A DNA stretch of 64,000 bases, taken from the NCBI GenBank assembly GCA_965223155.1, contig CBDCVR010000013.1:704001-768000 (forward strand). Reading direction: 5' to 3'. This document shows, in pieces, positions 55,662 to 64,000 of this stretch. Source of the DNA: Candidatus Multivoradales bacterium (lineage in GTDB: Bacteria; Acidobacteriota; Thermoanaerobaculia; Multivoradales; JAHEKO01). The first letter of the stretch is position 1, and every line of letters starts with the position of its first letter. The notes beneath the pieces are model-generated. The model had not been told where the DNA came from. It saw nothing but the letters and a program-made list of their open reading frames with translations, and made no database searches. Position numbers and translations under genes: made by a program.

Positions 55662-58196
55662 ATGCAGGACAAGCTCGTTGAATACCGCCGCAAGCGCAGC
55701 GCCTCGGCGACGCCTGAGCCGTTCGGCAGCGAAGGGCCCATCGCGGCGGGCTCGAGCGCGTTCGTGGTGCAGAAGCACGCGGCAAGCCATCTGCACTTCG
55801 ACTTTCGACTCGAGATCGGCGGTGTCCTGGTGTCCTGGGCGGTCCCCAAGGGACCGTCCCTCGACCCCGAGGACAAGCGTTTCGCCATCGCCACCGAGGA
55901 CCACCCGCTGGAGTACGGGGACTTCGAAGGCATCATCCCCAAGGGCAACTACGGCGCCGGTGCGGTGGTGCTCTGGGACCGCGGCCAGGCGGACCATCAG
56001 ATCGAACCCGAGGAAGGGCTGCGGGACGGCAAGCTGCTCTTCGAGCTCTACGGCTACAAACTGCGAGGCCTCTTCACGCTGGTGCGCACCCGCAAGGCCA
56101 AGGAGTGGCTGCTCATCAAGAAGCCGGATGGCGCGGCACGGCCGGCCGGAGCTCAGGCACCGAGCGAGCAGTCCATCCTCTCGGGCTTGACGGTCGAAGA
56201 GCTTCGCGACGGTTCCGATCGGCGCGAGCGCATCCTGGGTGAGCTCGACCGGCTCGGAGCCCGGCGCCGGGAGGTCCGGGCCGCCAAGGTCAAGCCCATG
56301 CTCGCCCGCCTCGAGCGGGAACCCTTCTCCCGCCCGGGCTGGATCTTCGAGCTCAAGTACGACGGCTACCGGGTGCTGGCCGAACGGCGCGGGGCCGGAG
56401 GCGCCTCGGCCGGCGTCCGGCTCCTCTACCGGAGCGGCCGCGACGCCACCCCGAGCTTTCCCGACGTCGAACGGTATTTTCGTCCCCTGCCCTGGGACCT
56501 GGTCGTGGACGGCGAGGTCGCGGTCCTGGACGGCGAGGGCCGGCCCAGCTTCCAGCGGCTTCAACGGCGCGCGCTCCTGACCCGAGCGCCGGACATCCGG
56601 CGCGCCGCCGCCGCCTTGCCCGCCTGCTTCTTCGCCTTCGATCTTCTGGGCCTGGAGGGCCACGATCTGCGTCCCCTGCCTCTGATCAAGCGCAAGGCTC
56701 TGCTACGCGAGATCCTGCCGGAAGCCGGGCCGATCCGCTACGCCGACCACGTCGAAGAACGCGGTCAGGCCATGTACGAACAGGTTCTGAGCCTCGGCCT
56801 CGAAGGCATGGTCGGCAAGGACGCCGCCGCTTCCTATCGCGGCGGCCGTTCGGGCAAGTGGATCAAGGTGCGCTCGGAGCTCACGGGCGATTTCGCGGTC
56901 GTCGGCTTCACCCGCCCCAAGTCCAACCGGCCGGGTTTCGGAGCGCTGCACCTGGCGGTGTTCGACGGCGAGGGTTACCGGTATGCGGGCGGCGTCGGCA
57001 CCGGCTTCGACGATCGCTCCCTAAGGAGCTTGCGGGCCGAGCTGGACCGCATCGTCCGGCCGCGGCCCACCGCCTCCGGAGCCCTGCCAACGGGCAAGGA
57101 GAACGTGTGGGTCGAGCCCGAGCTGGCGGTCGAAGTGCGCTTCATCGAGTACACCCGCGAAGGGCACCTTCGCCATCCCGTGTTTCTCCGCCTGCGTGAC
57201 GACAAGAGGCCGTTCGAGTGCGTTCGGGACGACTCTCCGCCCGAGACCGACGTCGACCCGGAAGACATCGGCAGCGGGGTCGAGGCGCCGGAGGGCGGTC
57301 CGGAGCAGGCGGTCGAGGTCTCGCGGCCCGAGAAGGTCTTCTGGCCTGTGGACGGCTACACCAAGGGCGATCTGGACGCCTACTACCGGACGGTCTCTCC
57401 CTGGCTCCTGCCCTTCCTGGCTGACCGGCCGGTGGTGCTCGACCGATACCCGGATGGCATCGACGGCAAGTCGTTCTTCCAGAAGAACGCGCCCGACTTC
57501 GTTCCCGATTGGGTCGTCACCGGTGAGATCTGGAGCGAGGAGGACGGCGGCCGCGAAACCCGCTACTACCTGGCCAACGACGCCGAGGCTCTCCGCTACG
57601 TGATCAACCTGGGCGCGATCCCGCTCCACGTCTGGCACAGCCGTCTGGAGGCTCTGCAACGCCCCGATTGGTGCGTCCTCGACCTGGACGCCAAGGACGC
57701 TCCGTTCGCTTCAGTGGTGCGAACCGCCCGTGAGATCCACCGCCTGGGCGGCGAGATCGGTCTCGAGACCTTCGTCAAGACCAGCGGCGCCACCGGCCTG
57801 CACGTCATGATCCCGCTGGCGGGCCTGCTTACCTACGATCAGTCGAAGCAGCTCGGCGAAGTCCTGGCCAAGGTCATCTGGCAGCGCCTGCCCGACGAGA
57901 CCTCGATCGCCAGGCTGCCCTCGCAGCGCGCCGGCAAGGTGTATCTCGACTTTCTCCAGAACGGATACGGAAAGCTGATCGTGGCTCCCTACTCCGTGCG
58001 GCCGCGTCCGGGAGCGCCCGTATCGACGCCGCTGCGCTGGTCCGAGGTCACCCGGCGCCTGGATCCGGCTCGCTTCACCCTCGCCAGCGTCCCGGCCAGG
58101 CTCCGGCGCATGAAGTCCGACCCCTGGGCGGAGCTCCTCGACTCCCGACCCGACCTGACGGCCGCGCTCGACCGGCTGGCCGCCCTGTCCGATTGA
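55662..58196 (+). CDS. ligD: DNA ligase D (phosphoesterase-ligase-polymerase)
   Basis: FVVQKHAASHLHFDFRLE; FELKYDGYR, DGE, EGMVGK; RYPDG, FFQKN, DLD, KTSGATGLHV, APYSVR. Confidence 0.96.
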   Translation: MQDKLVEYRRKRSASATPEPFGSEGPIAAGSSAFVVQKHAASHLHFDFRLEIGGVLVSWAVPKGPSLDPEDKRFAIATEDHPLEYGDFEGIIPKGNYGAGAVVLWDRGQADHQIEPEEGLRDGKLLFELYGYKLRGLFTLVRTRKAKEWLLIKKPDGAARPAGAQAPSEQSILSGLTVEELRDGSDRRERILGELDRLGARRREVRAAKVKPMLARLEREPFSRPGWIFELKYDGYRVLAERRGAGGASAGVRLLYRSGRDATPSFPDVERYFRPLPWDLVVDGEVAVLDGEGRPSFQRLQRRALLTRAPDIRRAAAALPACFFAFDLLGLEGHDLRPLPLIKRKALLREILPEAGPIRYADHVEERGQAMYEQVLSLGLEGMVGKDAAASYRGGRSGKWIKVRSELTGDFAVVGFTRPKSNRPGFGALHLAVFDGEGYRYAGGVGTGFDDRSLRSLRAELDRIVRPRPTASGALPTGKENVWVEPELAVEVRFIEYTREGHLRHPVFLRLRDDKRPFECVRDDSPPETDVDPEDIGSGVEAPEGGPEQAVEVSRPEKVFWPVDGYTKGDLDAYYRTVSPWLLPFLADRPVVLDRYPDGIDGKSFFQKNAPDFVPDWVVTGEIWSEEDGGRETRYYLANDAEALRYVINLGAIPLHVWHSRLEALQRPDWCVLDLDAKDAPFASVVRTAREIHRLGGEIGLETFVKTSGATGLHVMIPLAGLLTYDQSKQLGEVLAKVIWQRLPDETSIARLPSQRAGKVYLDFLQNGYGKLIVAPYSVRPRPGAPVSTPLRWSEVTRRLDPARFTLASVPARLRRMKSDPWAELLDSRPDLTAALDRLAALSD

Positions 58197-58199
58197 CCG

Positions 58200-59021
58200 A
58201 TGGCTGGCGACCTCTTGCGCAATCCTCTGGGCAGCCTGCGCGCGGCGTTGCGCCTGGCCGCCGCCGTCACCGCCTGCGCGGTCCTCTACCCGGTCTTGCT
58301 GGCGGGCAAGGCAATCTTGGCGGGAGCCCCGGAACACCGGGCCCGGTGGCGGGCATGCGCTCTTCGCCTCTGGTGCCGAATCCTGCTCGCCATCTTCGGC
58401 GCCCGGGTGGTCGAACAGGGCTCGCCGCCCGAGCCGCCCTTCCTGATGGTCGCCAACCACTTGAGCTACATGGACATTCTGGTGCTGGCCAGCCGCCTGG
58501 ACGCGGTCTTTGTGGCCAAGGCCGAGATCGCCTCCTGGCCGGTCCTCGGACCCATCTGCCGGTCGATGGACACTCTGTTTCTGAACCGGGCCCGGACCCG
58601 CGAGATCCCCGAGATCCTGGAGCGGATCGAAGCCTTGCAGCGCAACCGGCAGGGTGTGATCTTCTTTCCGGAAGGCTCGACCAGCGATGGCAGTTCGGTC
58701 GTCCCCTTCCGGCCGTCGCTTCTGGCCGTAGCCGCCCGCAGCGGGCGGCCCGTCTCCTGGGCTTGCCTCAGCTACCGCACGCCGGCCGGCTGCGAGCCAG
58801 CCGGGCGACGGGTCCATTGGTTCGGCGGCGCCGGCTTCATCGGCCACCTCGTCCGGCTCGCCGCTCTGCCCGGCTTCGAGGCACGACTGACCCTGGGCGA
58901 GCGGCGATTTCGGAACAGCGACCGCAAGGCGCTCGCGGACGAGCTCTGGAAAGCCGTGCTGGCCGCGTACCCCCCCACCAAGACGGGCGAGCCAGACACT
59001 CCCGGCGATCGCGCCTGCTAG
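58200..59021 (+). CDS. Lysophospholipid acyltransferase (PlsC/OlsA family)
   Basis: ANHLSYMDI (NHxxxxD), FVAKAEI, FFPEGSTS. Confidence 0.9.
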   Translation: MAGDLLRNPLGSLRAALRLAAAVTACAVLYPVLLAGKAILAGAPEHRARWRACALRLWCRILLAIFGARVVEQGSPPEPPFLMVANHLSYMDILVLASRLDAVFVAKAEIASWPVLGPICRSMDTLFLNRARTREIPEILERIEALQRNRQGVIFFPEGSTSDGSSVVPFRPSLLAVAARSGRPVSWACLSYRTPAGCEPAGRRVHWFGGAGFIGHLVRLAALPGFEARLTLGERRFRNSDRKALADELWKAVLAAYPPTKTGEPDTPGDRAC

Positions 59022-59030
59022 CCTCCGGTC

Positions 59031-61004
59031 ATGGGTACGACCAAGCGCGTCTGGACCAAGGTTCTGGAGCTCGACGAGCTCCGGTCGGGACGGGTCAAGC
59101 CCGTGACCTGCGGGCACCGGACGCTGTGCCTCACCCATCACGAGGGCGCCTACGGCGCGCTCGACAACCGCTGCTCGCACCAGGGAGGCCCCCTGGGCGA
59201 GGGCTCGATCGAAGACGGCCTGCTGCGCTGCCCCTGGCACGGCTGGGATTTCGACCCGCTCACCGGCAAGGCGCCCGGATACGACGACGGCGTCGAGGCC
59301 TTCCCGGTCGAGGTCCGCGATGACGGCGTCTACGTCGCCCTCGAGCCCGAGGACGACGAGGCCGCGTTCCACGGCAGAACGGTCTCGGACGTTCTGGCGG
59401 AAACGCTCGTGGCGTGGGGCGTGCGCCACGTCTGGGGCATGGTCGGGCACTCGAACCTGGGCATGGCGGACGCCCTGCGCCAGCGCGAAGAAGCCGGCGA
59501 GCTCGCGGTATACGGCATCCGCCACGAGGGAGCGGCTTCGTTCGCCGCCTCGGCCTACGGCAAGCTGACCGGGCGGCCGGCGGCCTGCCTCTCGATCGCC
59601 GGTCCCGGCGCCACCAACCTCCTGACCGGCCTCTGGGACGCCCACGTCGACCGCTCTCCCGTGCTGGCCCTGACCGGGCAGGTGGACACCCAGGTACTGG
59701 GCCCGGGCGCGTTCCAGGAAGTCGATCTTTCGGCCGCCTTTGGCGGCGTCGCCCAGTGGAGCCAGACCGTCTTGCCTTCCTCGAAACCCGCCGAGCTCGG
59801 CAACCTGGCGCTCAAGAGCGCAATTCTGAATCGCGGCGTCTCCCATCTCATCCTGCCCGACGAGATCCAGACCCTGCCCACCGAGGAAACCTCCGCCGGC
59901 GAACCCGAGGGGCGCTTGCCGGCGCTGGCGATCTCCCCCCCGACCGAGGCCCTGGAGGCGGCCGTCTCCTTGCTGGAGCAATCCCGCCGGCCGGTGGTCA
60001 TTGTCGGCCACGGCGCCCGCTTCGAGATGGCCGCGGTGCTGCGCTTGGCCGAGCGCCTGCAGGCCCCCGTGCTGACGACGTTCAAGGCCAAGGGGCTGGT
60101 CTCGGACTCGCACCCGCTCGCCTGCGGCGTCCTGGGACGGAGCGGCACCCCCGTCGCCAGCTACTTCATGAACGAGTCGGACGCGCTCCTGGTCTTGGGC
60201 GCCAGTTTCTCTAACCACACCGGCATCACTCCCAAGCGGCCCACCATCCAAGTCGACTTCGACCCGATGGCACTGGCAAGGTTTCACGCGGTGGACGTGC
60301 CGGTCTGGGGCGAGATCGGGGTCACCGCCGAGAGCCTGCTCGAAGCGCTGCCGGGCGAGCCCTGGACCCGGAACCGGCTCGAAGAGATCGCCGACCGCTG
60401 GCGCATCTGGCGCGCCGAGAAGGGCAAGCGGGAGCGCGAGGGCGGGGACTCCGGCCTCGCTTCGGCCGCGATCTTCGAGGCCCTCGCGCGGCATGCGCCG
60501 CCCGACGCCATCTTGTGCGTCGACGTGGGCAACAACACGTACTCCTTCGGGCGCTACTTCGAATGCGAGCGGCAGTCGGTACTCATGTCTGGATACCTGG
60601 GCTCGATCGGCTTCGCGCTGCCGGCCGCCCTCGGCGCCTGGGCCGCGACCCGCGAGCCCGGAACGCCCTGGACCGGCCGCAAGGTCATCTCGATCTCGGG
60701 GGACGGCGGCTTCGCCCAGTACATGGCCGAGCTCACGACCGCGGTCCAGTACGACATGGACATCACCCACGTTCTGCTCAACAACGGTGAGCTCGGCAAG
60801 ATCTCGAAGGAACAGCGCTCCGGCCGCTTCGACGTCTGGAAGACCGGCCTCTGGAACCCCCACTTCGCGCTCTACGCCCGCAACTGTGGCGCCTTCGGAG
60901 TGCGGGTTCAGGACGCCGAAGAGTTGGACGAAGCGCTTCGGCGCGCGCTCGCCCATCCGGTGGCGTCCCTGGTCGAAGTGATCTCCGACCCCGGACTCGT
61001 CTAG
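59031..61004 (+). CDS. Rieske [2Fe-2S] domain fused to a TPP-dependent pyruvate-oxidase-like enzyme
   Basis: CSHQGGPL..CPWHG; IRHEGAASF, GPGATN, DVGNN, SGYLGSIG, GDGG..NN. Confidence 0.9.
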   Translation: MGTTKRVWTKVLELDELRSGRVKPVTCGHRTLCLTHHEGAYGALDNRCSHQGGPLGEGSIEDGLLRCPWHGWDFDPLTGKAPGYDDGVEAFPVEVRDDGVYVALEPEDDEAAFHGRTVSDVLAETLVAWGVRHVWGMVGHSNLGMADALRQREEAGELAVYGIRHEGAASFAASAYGKLTGRPAACLSIAGPGATNLLTGLWDAHVDRSPVLALTGQVDTQVLGPGAFQEVDLSAAFGGVAQWSQTVLPSSKPAELGNLALKSAILNRGVSHLILPDEIQTLPTEETSAGEPEGRLPALAISPPTEALEAAVSLLEQSRRPVVIVGHGARFEMAAVLRLAERLQAPVLTTFKAKGLVSDSHPLACGVLGRSGTPVASYFMNESDALLVLGASFSNHTGITPKRPTIQVDFDPMALARFHAVDVPVWGEIGVTAESLLEALPGEPWTRNRLEEIADRWRIWRAEKGKREREGGDSGLASAAIFEALARHAPPDAILCVDVGNNTYSFGRYFECERQSVLMSGYLGSIGFALPAALGAWAATREPGTPWTGRKVISISGDGGFAQYMAELTTAVQYDMDITHVLLNNGELGKISKEQRSGRFDVWKTGLWNPHFALYARNCGAFGVRVQDAEELDEALRRALAHPVASLVEVISDPGLV

Positions 61005-61034
61005 AGGCCTGCTTCTCGTCCACGCCGGCGCCGC

Positions 61035-63287
61035 TCAGGGCGCCGACGTACCGCTGCCGCCCAGCTCCACCGCGGCCGGACTGCCCGCGGCTCCGTGCCG
61101 AATCGAGAGTTGGGCACGGCGGCTTCCGGCCGCAACGGGCACGAAACGGATCCCTACCGTGCAGCTGCCGCCCGGAGCGACCGCGCTGGCGCCGTCGCAA
61201 GTGCCGGCCACCATCTCGAAATCCTCGGCGTGCTCGCCACGCACCGAGATTCCGCGCAGCGGCAGCCACTCCACTCCCGGATTCTCGATCGTCAGAGTCT
61301 CGATTCCGCTCCGGCTGCCCACCGCGACCCGGCCGAAGGTGAAGGCCTGCCTGGAAACGCGGAAGGCGGCGGTGCGCTCGCGCCCTGCCCCAGCCACCTG
61401 GATGCGCGCCGGGCTGTCCGGTCCGTTGTGCTCGACGATCAGCAGCGCACTCGTCGGGCTGAGCTCCGTCGCGACGAAGGCCAGGTCCACGGCACAGCTC
61501 GATCCCGGAGCCAGGCCCGCGTCCAAGGTACAGCCAAGACCCGCGACCCGAAACGCCGACGCGCCCTCGCCGGTGAAGCGAAGGCGCGCGACCGTGAGCC
61601 GCGCGTCGCCGCCATTGCGCAAGACGATTCGCCGCTTCGTGGCCTGGCCGACATAGGCGCGGCCGAAGTCCACCCGCGAGGTGTCCACTTCCAGGGCCGA
61701 CACGATCCCCCGTCCGCGCAACGCTACCGGCACCGGATCCAGCCCGAATCCCGGTTCCAGCGTCAGCACGGCGGCGCTCTCGCCGGCGCGCCGCGGCCGG
61801 AAGGCCACCCCGAGCCGGCAGCTCTTGCCGGGCGCCAGGGCCCGGCCGGTGCACGCGTTGTCCCGGATTCGAAACGCCTCACCTTCCGCCCGTACCACCG
61901 CCGGGCCCGGCGTCAACGTGGCGGTGCCCGTGTTTCGAAAGAGGACGGCGTGGGGGGAGCTCTCGAAGCCCGAGCGCTGCTCGGGGAAAACCAGCTCCCG
62001 CCGCTCGGCCGCCATCCTCGGGGTCACGCCGCGGCCGCCGAGCTCCACCCGGGTCGTTTCGGTGGCGCCCGCGGCCGAGAGCTCCAGCACCGCTCGCTCC
62101 CGGCCCTCCTCGATCGGCAGAAAGGTCAGAGCCAGGATGCACTCGCCGCCGGAGGGAATTTCCCGGCCGCGGCAAGCATCCTCCACGATCGCAACGGTGG
62201 CCGTGCCTTCGACCTCGGTCGTCTCAACCGCCACCGTGCCGCCGGTCCGGTTGACGAAGCGCAGCTCGCGCGGCGCGCTCCGGATCCCGACCGGCTGTTC
62301 CTCGAAGTCCAGCCGGTCGCTCTCGGGATCCAGCGGCGGCCCCTGCCACAGGCCGGTCCCGGCCAACTCGAGCGTGGACCGTCCGCCGAAAGCGTCGCTA
62401 TCGACCAGGACCAGAGCCGTGCGCTCTCCCGACACGGCAGGCAGGAACCGCACGTCGAACGTGCAGGTCTCGCCCGGCTCCAGGGTGGTGTCCGGACAGC
62501 GCCGCGACCGGCTGAACTCGTCGGCCGCCGCCCCTTCGATTCGAATCCGGCCGAGTTCGAGAAGGGCCGAGCCACTGTTGACCAGGGTGACCTCGCGCTC
62601 CGCTGCCTCGGCCTCCAGCGGGACCACGCCGAAGTCGAGGCTGGCGGGCCGGATCTCCAGAGCTGGAGCGGTCGCCGTCGCCCGCACCAGGAGCTGCGGA
62701 TCGGTCCGGTCGTTGCCCACGACTCGCAGCCCGGTCGCGTGATCTCCGGGGCTCTGCGGACGGAAGCGAAGCCGGGAGGCGCAGGAATCGCCGGCCAAGA
62801 GCTCGCGGCCCACGCATTCCGAGTCCACTTCGAAATGGGCGGCAGCGGGTTCCGGGAAATCCAGAGCCCGTATCCGCAGCCGCCGCTCACCCTCGTTGCG
62901 GAGCTCGAAGGCAAGCTCAGGCCCGGTCTCTCCCACACGGACCGATCCGGCATCCAAGACGTCCGGGACGAAGGCGGCGCGGGGCGGCGCCGGCAGGAGC
63001 ACCCACGTCAACGCCACGAGTGCCACCAGCGCCACTAGGATGAGCGGCCAGCGTCGCCGCCTCCGTACGTGCCGTGGCGGCGCGCTCGCCGATCGAACCG
63101 GAGTTTCTGCTGACCGCGACGGCCTGGCCGGACCGTCGGCTCCGGCCAGATCGTGGGCTCCGTCCTCGAGAGGATCGAACTCGAGATCGCCTCCGGCCGC
63201 ATCCCGGCCGCCATCGCGGAGAGGCAGGTCGACGAGGTCTCCGTCGTCCAGCGGGAGGCCGTCTCGCTCTTCGTCAACGTCGCGCAC
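61035..63287 (-). CDS. Membrane-anchored protein with six ASPM-SPD2-Hydin (choice-of-anchor D) Ig-like repeats
   Basis: RRRRR followed by one TM; repeats LDFG..V.L.N.G..L..F..C..L.PG.SC...F.P; start chosen from TAGCCT-N7-GTG (alternative 63338). Confidence 0.82.
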   Translation of the reverse strand: MRDVDEERDGLPLDDGDLVDLPLRDGGRDAAGGDLEFDPLEDGAHDLAGADGPARPSRSAETPVRSASAPPRHVRRRRRWPLILVALVALVALTWVLLPAPPRAAFVPDVLDAGSVRVGETGPELAFELRNEGERRLRIRALDFPEPAAAHFEVDSECVGRELLAGDSCASRLRFRPQSPGDHATGLRVVGNDRTDPQLLVRATATAPALEIRPASLDFGVVPLEAEAAEREVTLVNSGSALLELGRIRIEGAAADEFSRSRRCPDTTLEPGETCTFDVRFLPAVSGERTALVLVDSDAFGGRSTLELAGTGLWQGPPLDPESDRLDFEEQPVGIRSAPRELRFVNRTGGTVAVETTEVEGTATVAIVEDACRGREIPSGGECILALTFLPIEEGRERAVLELSAAGATETTRVELGGRGVTPRMAAERRELVFPEQRSGFESSPHAVLFRNTGTATLTPGPAVVRAEGEAFRIRDNACTGRALAPGKSCRLGVAFRPRRAGESAAVLTLEPGFGLDPVPVALRGRGIVSALEVDTSRVDFGRAYVGQATKRRIVLRNGGDARLTVARLRFTGEGASAFRVAGLGCTLDAGLAPGSSCAVDLAFVATELSPTSALLIVEHNGPDSPARIQVAGAGRERTAAFRVSRQAFTFGRVAVGSRSGIETLTIENPGVEWLPLRGISVRGEHAEDFEMVAGTCDGASAVAPGGSCTVGIRFVPVAAGSRRAQLSIRHGAAGSPAAVELGGSGTSAP

Positions 63288-63397
63288 GAAGGCGAGGCTA
63301 CTACAGGCCGCAAGCGCCACGACCCCTCGCTGGCGCAACCTGTGTGAAACAATGGGCAGCCGAGGAAAGCACGATGCTTAAAGGAGAATCTCTTCCG

Positions 63398-64000
63398 GTG
63401 GCGAGCCAAGAACCGGCGGATCAGCCGATTCCCGACCGGCTCCCGATCTATCCGCTGGTGACGACGGTCCTCTTCCCCTCGGGCGTGGCAGCGCTCCAGA
63501 TCGCCGACGAGCAGAACCTGCTGCTGGCCGAGAGCCTCGAGGAAGAGCGGGACCTGCTGGGCCTGTTCTGTCTGGCCGGCGGGGGCCGCAAGGAGCGGCG
63601 GCCCCAGGATCTGCAGCCGGTGGGCGTCGCCGCCCGGGTCGTCCAGAAGCTGAGGCTGGGCGACCACCGCCTCCAGATCCTGTGTCACGGGATCGCCCGG
63701 GTCGAGCTGGTCGACATCGAACAGACCAAGCCCTACCTGGTGGCCGGCGTGCGCCCGGTCGAAGCGCAGGTCGCTTCCTCGCGGGAGGTGGATGGATGGG
63801 TCGAGCGGGCGCTCGAGCAGTACCAGCGCCTCACCCAGGTCGACAAGCGCTACAGCCCCGAGACCGTCGAGGTCTTGCGCCAGAACCGGGCCAGCGGAGC
63901 CAGCTTCTTCGCCGACCTTCTGGCCTCCTTCCTCAACATCGCACTGGACGAGAAACGGGTTCTGGTCAGTACGGTCAGTCCGCGGGCCCGGCTCGAGCTC
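63398..64000 (+). CDS. lon: Lon protease, N-terminal substrate-binding domain (partial)
   Basis: IPDRLPIYPLVTTVLFPSG..VGVAARVVQKL..ILCHGIARV..PYLVA..ADLLASFL..EKR.L; AAAGGAG RBS (alternative ATG 63374). ATPase and protease domains are not visible. Confidence 0.75.
   Translation, partial: MASQEPADQPIPDRLPIYPLVTTVLFPSGVAALQIADEQNLLLAESLEEERDLLGLFCLAGGGRKERRPQDLQPVGVAARVVQKLRLGDHRLQILCHGIARVELVDIEQTKPYLVAGVRPVEAQVASSREVDGWVERALEQYQRLTQVDKRYSPETVEVLRQNRASGASFFADLLASFLNIALDEKRVLVSTVSPRARLEL

Noticed and set aside
57711-60956. 1,081-aa antisense ORF, and similar long shadows such as 39448-41553 and 61095-63038
   Set aside because: These are in-frame antisense shadows of real high-GC genes and carry no motifs.

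Overview
High-GC, gene-dense bacterial chromosomal segment. The Acidobacteria-type VWA protein and the DUF4388-like/J/TPR protein suggest Acidobacteriota, or less likely Myxococcota (inference). I found no rRNA, tRNA, CRISPR array, integrase or transposase. In order, the window holds: a >1,290-aa membrane protein running off the left edge (absent from the ORF track); a Cys-rich secreted orphan; an Xre-type antitoxin with a truncated RES toxin; a split hydantoinase/5-oxoprolinase with an NRAMP-fold transporter; rpiB; murJ; an FmdB-yaaA-sirtuin-5'-nucleotidase-SDR operon; pepE; ilvE; a PilZ protein; a BlaI/M56 pair with visible promoter and operator; a multidomain beta-barrel protein; an 8-gene Tat-TldD/TldE-DUF4159-MoxR-DUF58-BatA-membrane protein operon; ALDH; efp; a hybrid kinase; an FMN glutamate-synthase-like protein; moaA; a VWA protein; a DUF3179-type gene with an in-frame UGA; an NHEJ locus (ku, ligD) with MerR-TPR and pseudo-J-TPR genes; an acyltransferase; a Rieske-TPP enzyme; a 6x Ig-repeat protein; and the start of a Lon-family gene. 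The best leads are the DUF3179 UGA (probable selenocysteine with a SECIS-like hairpin, U-x-x-A motif, no Cys), the NHEJ accessory genes and the Tat-TldD/MoxR operon. All family assignments come from motif recognition by eye; no database search was run.
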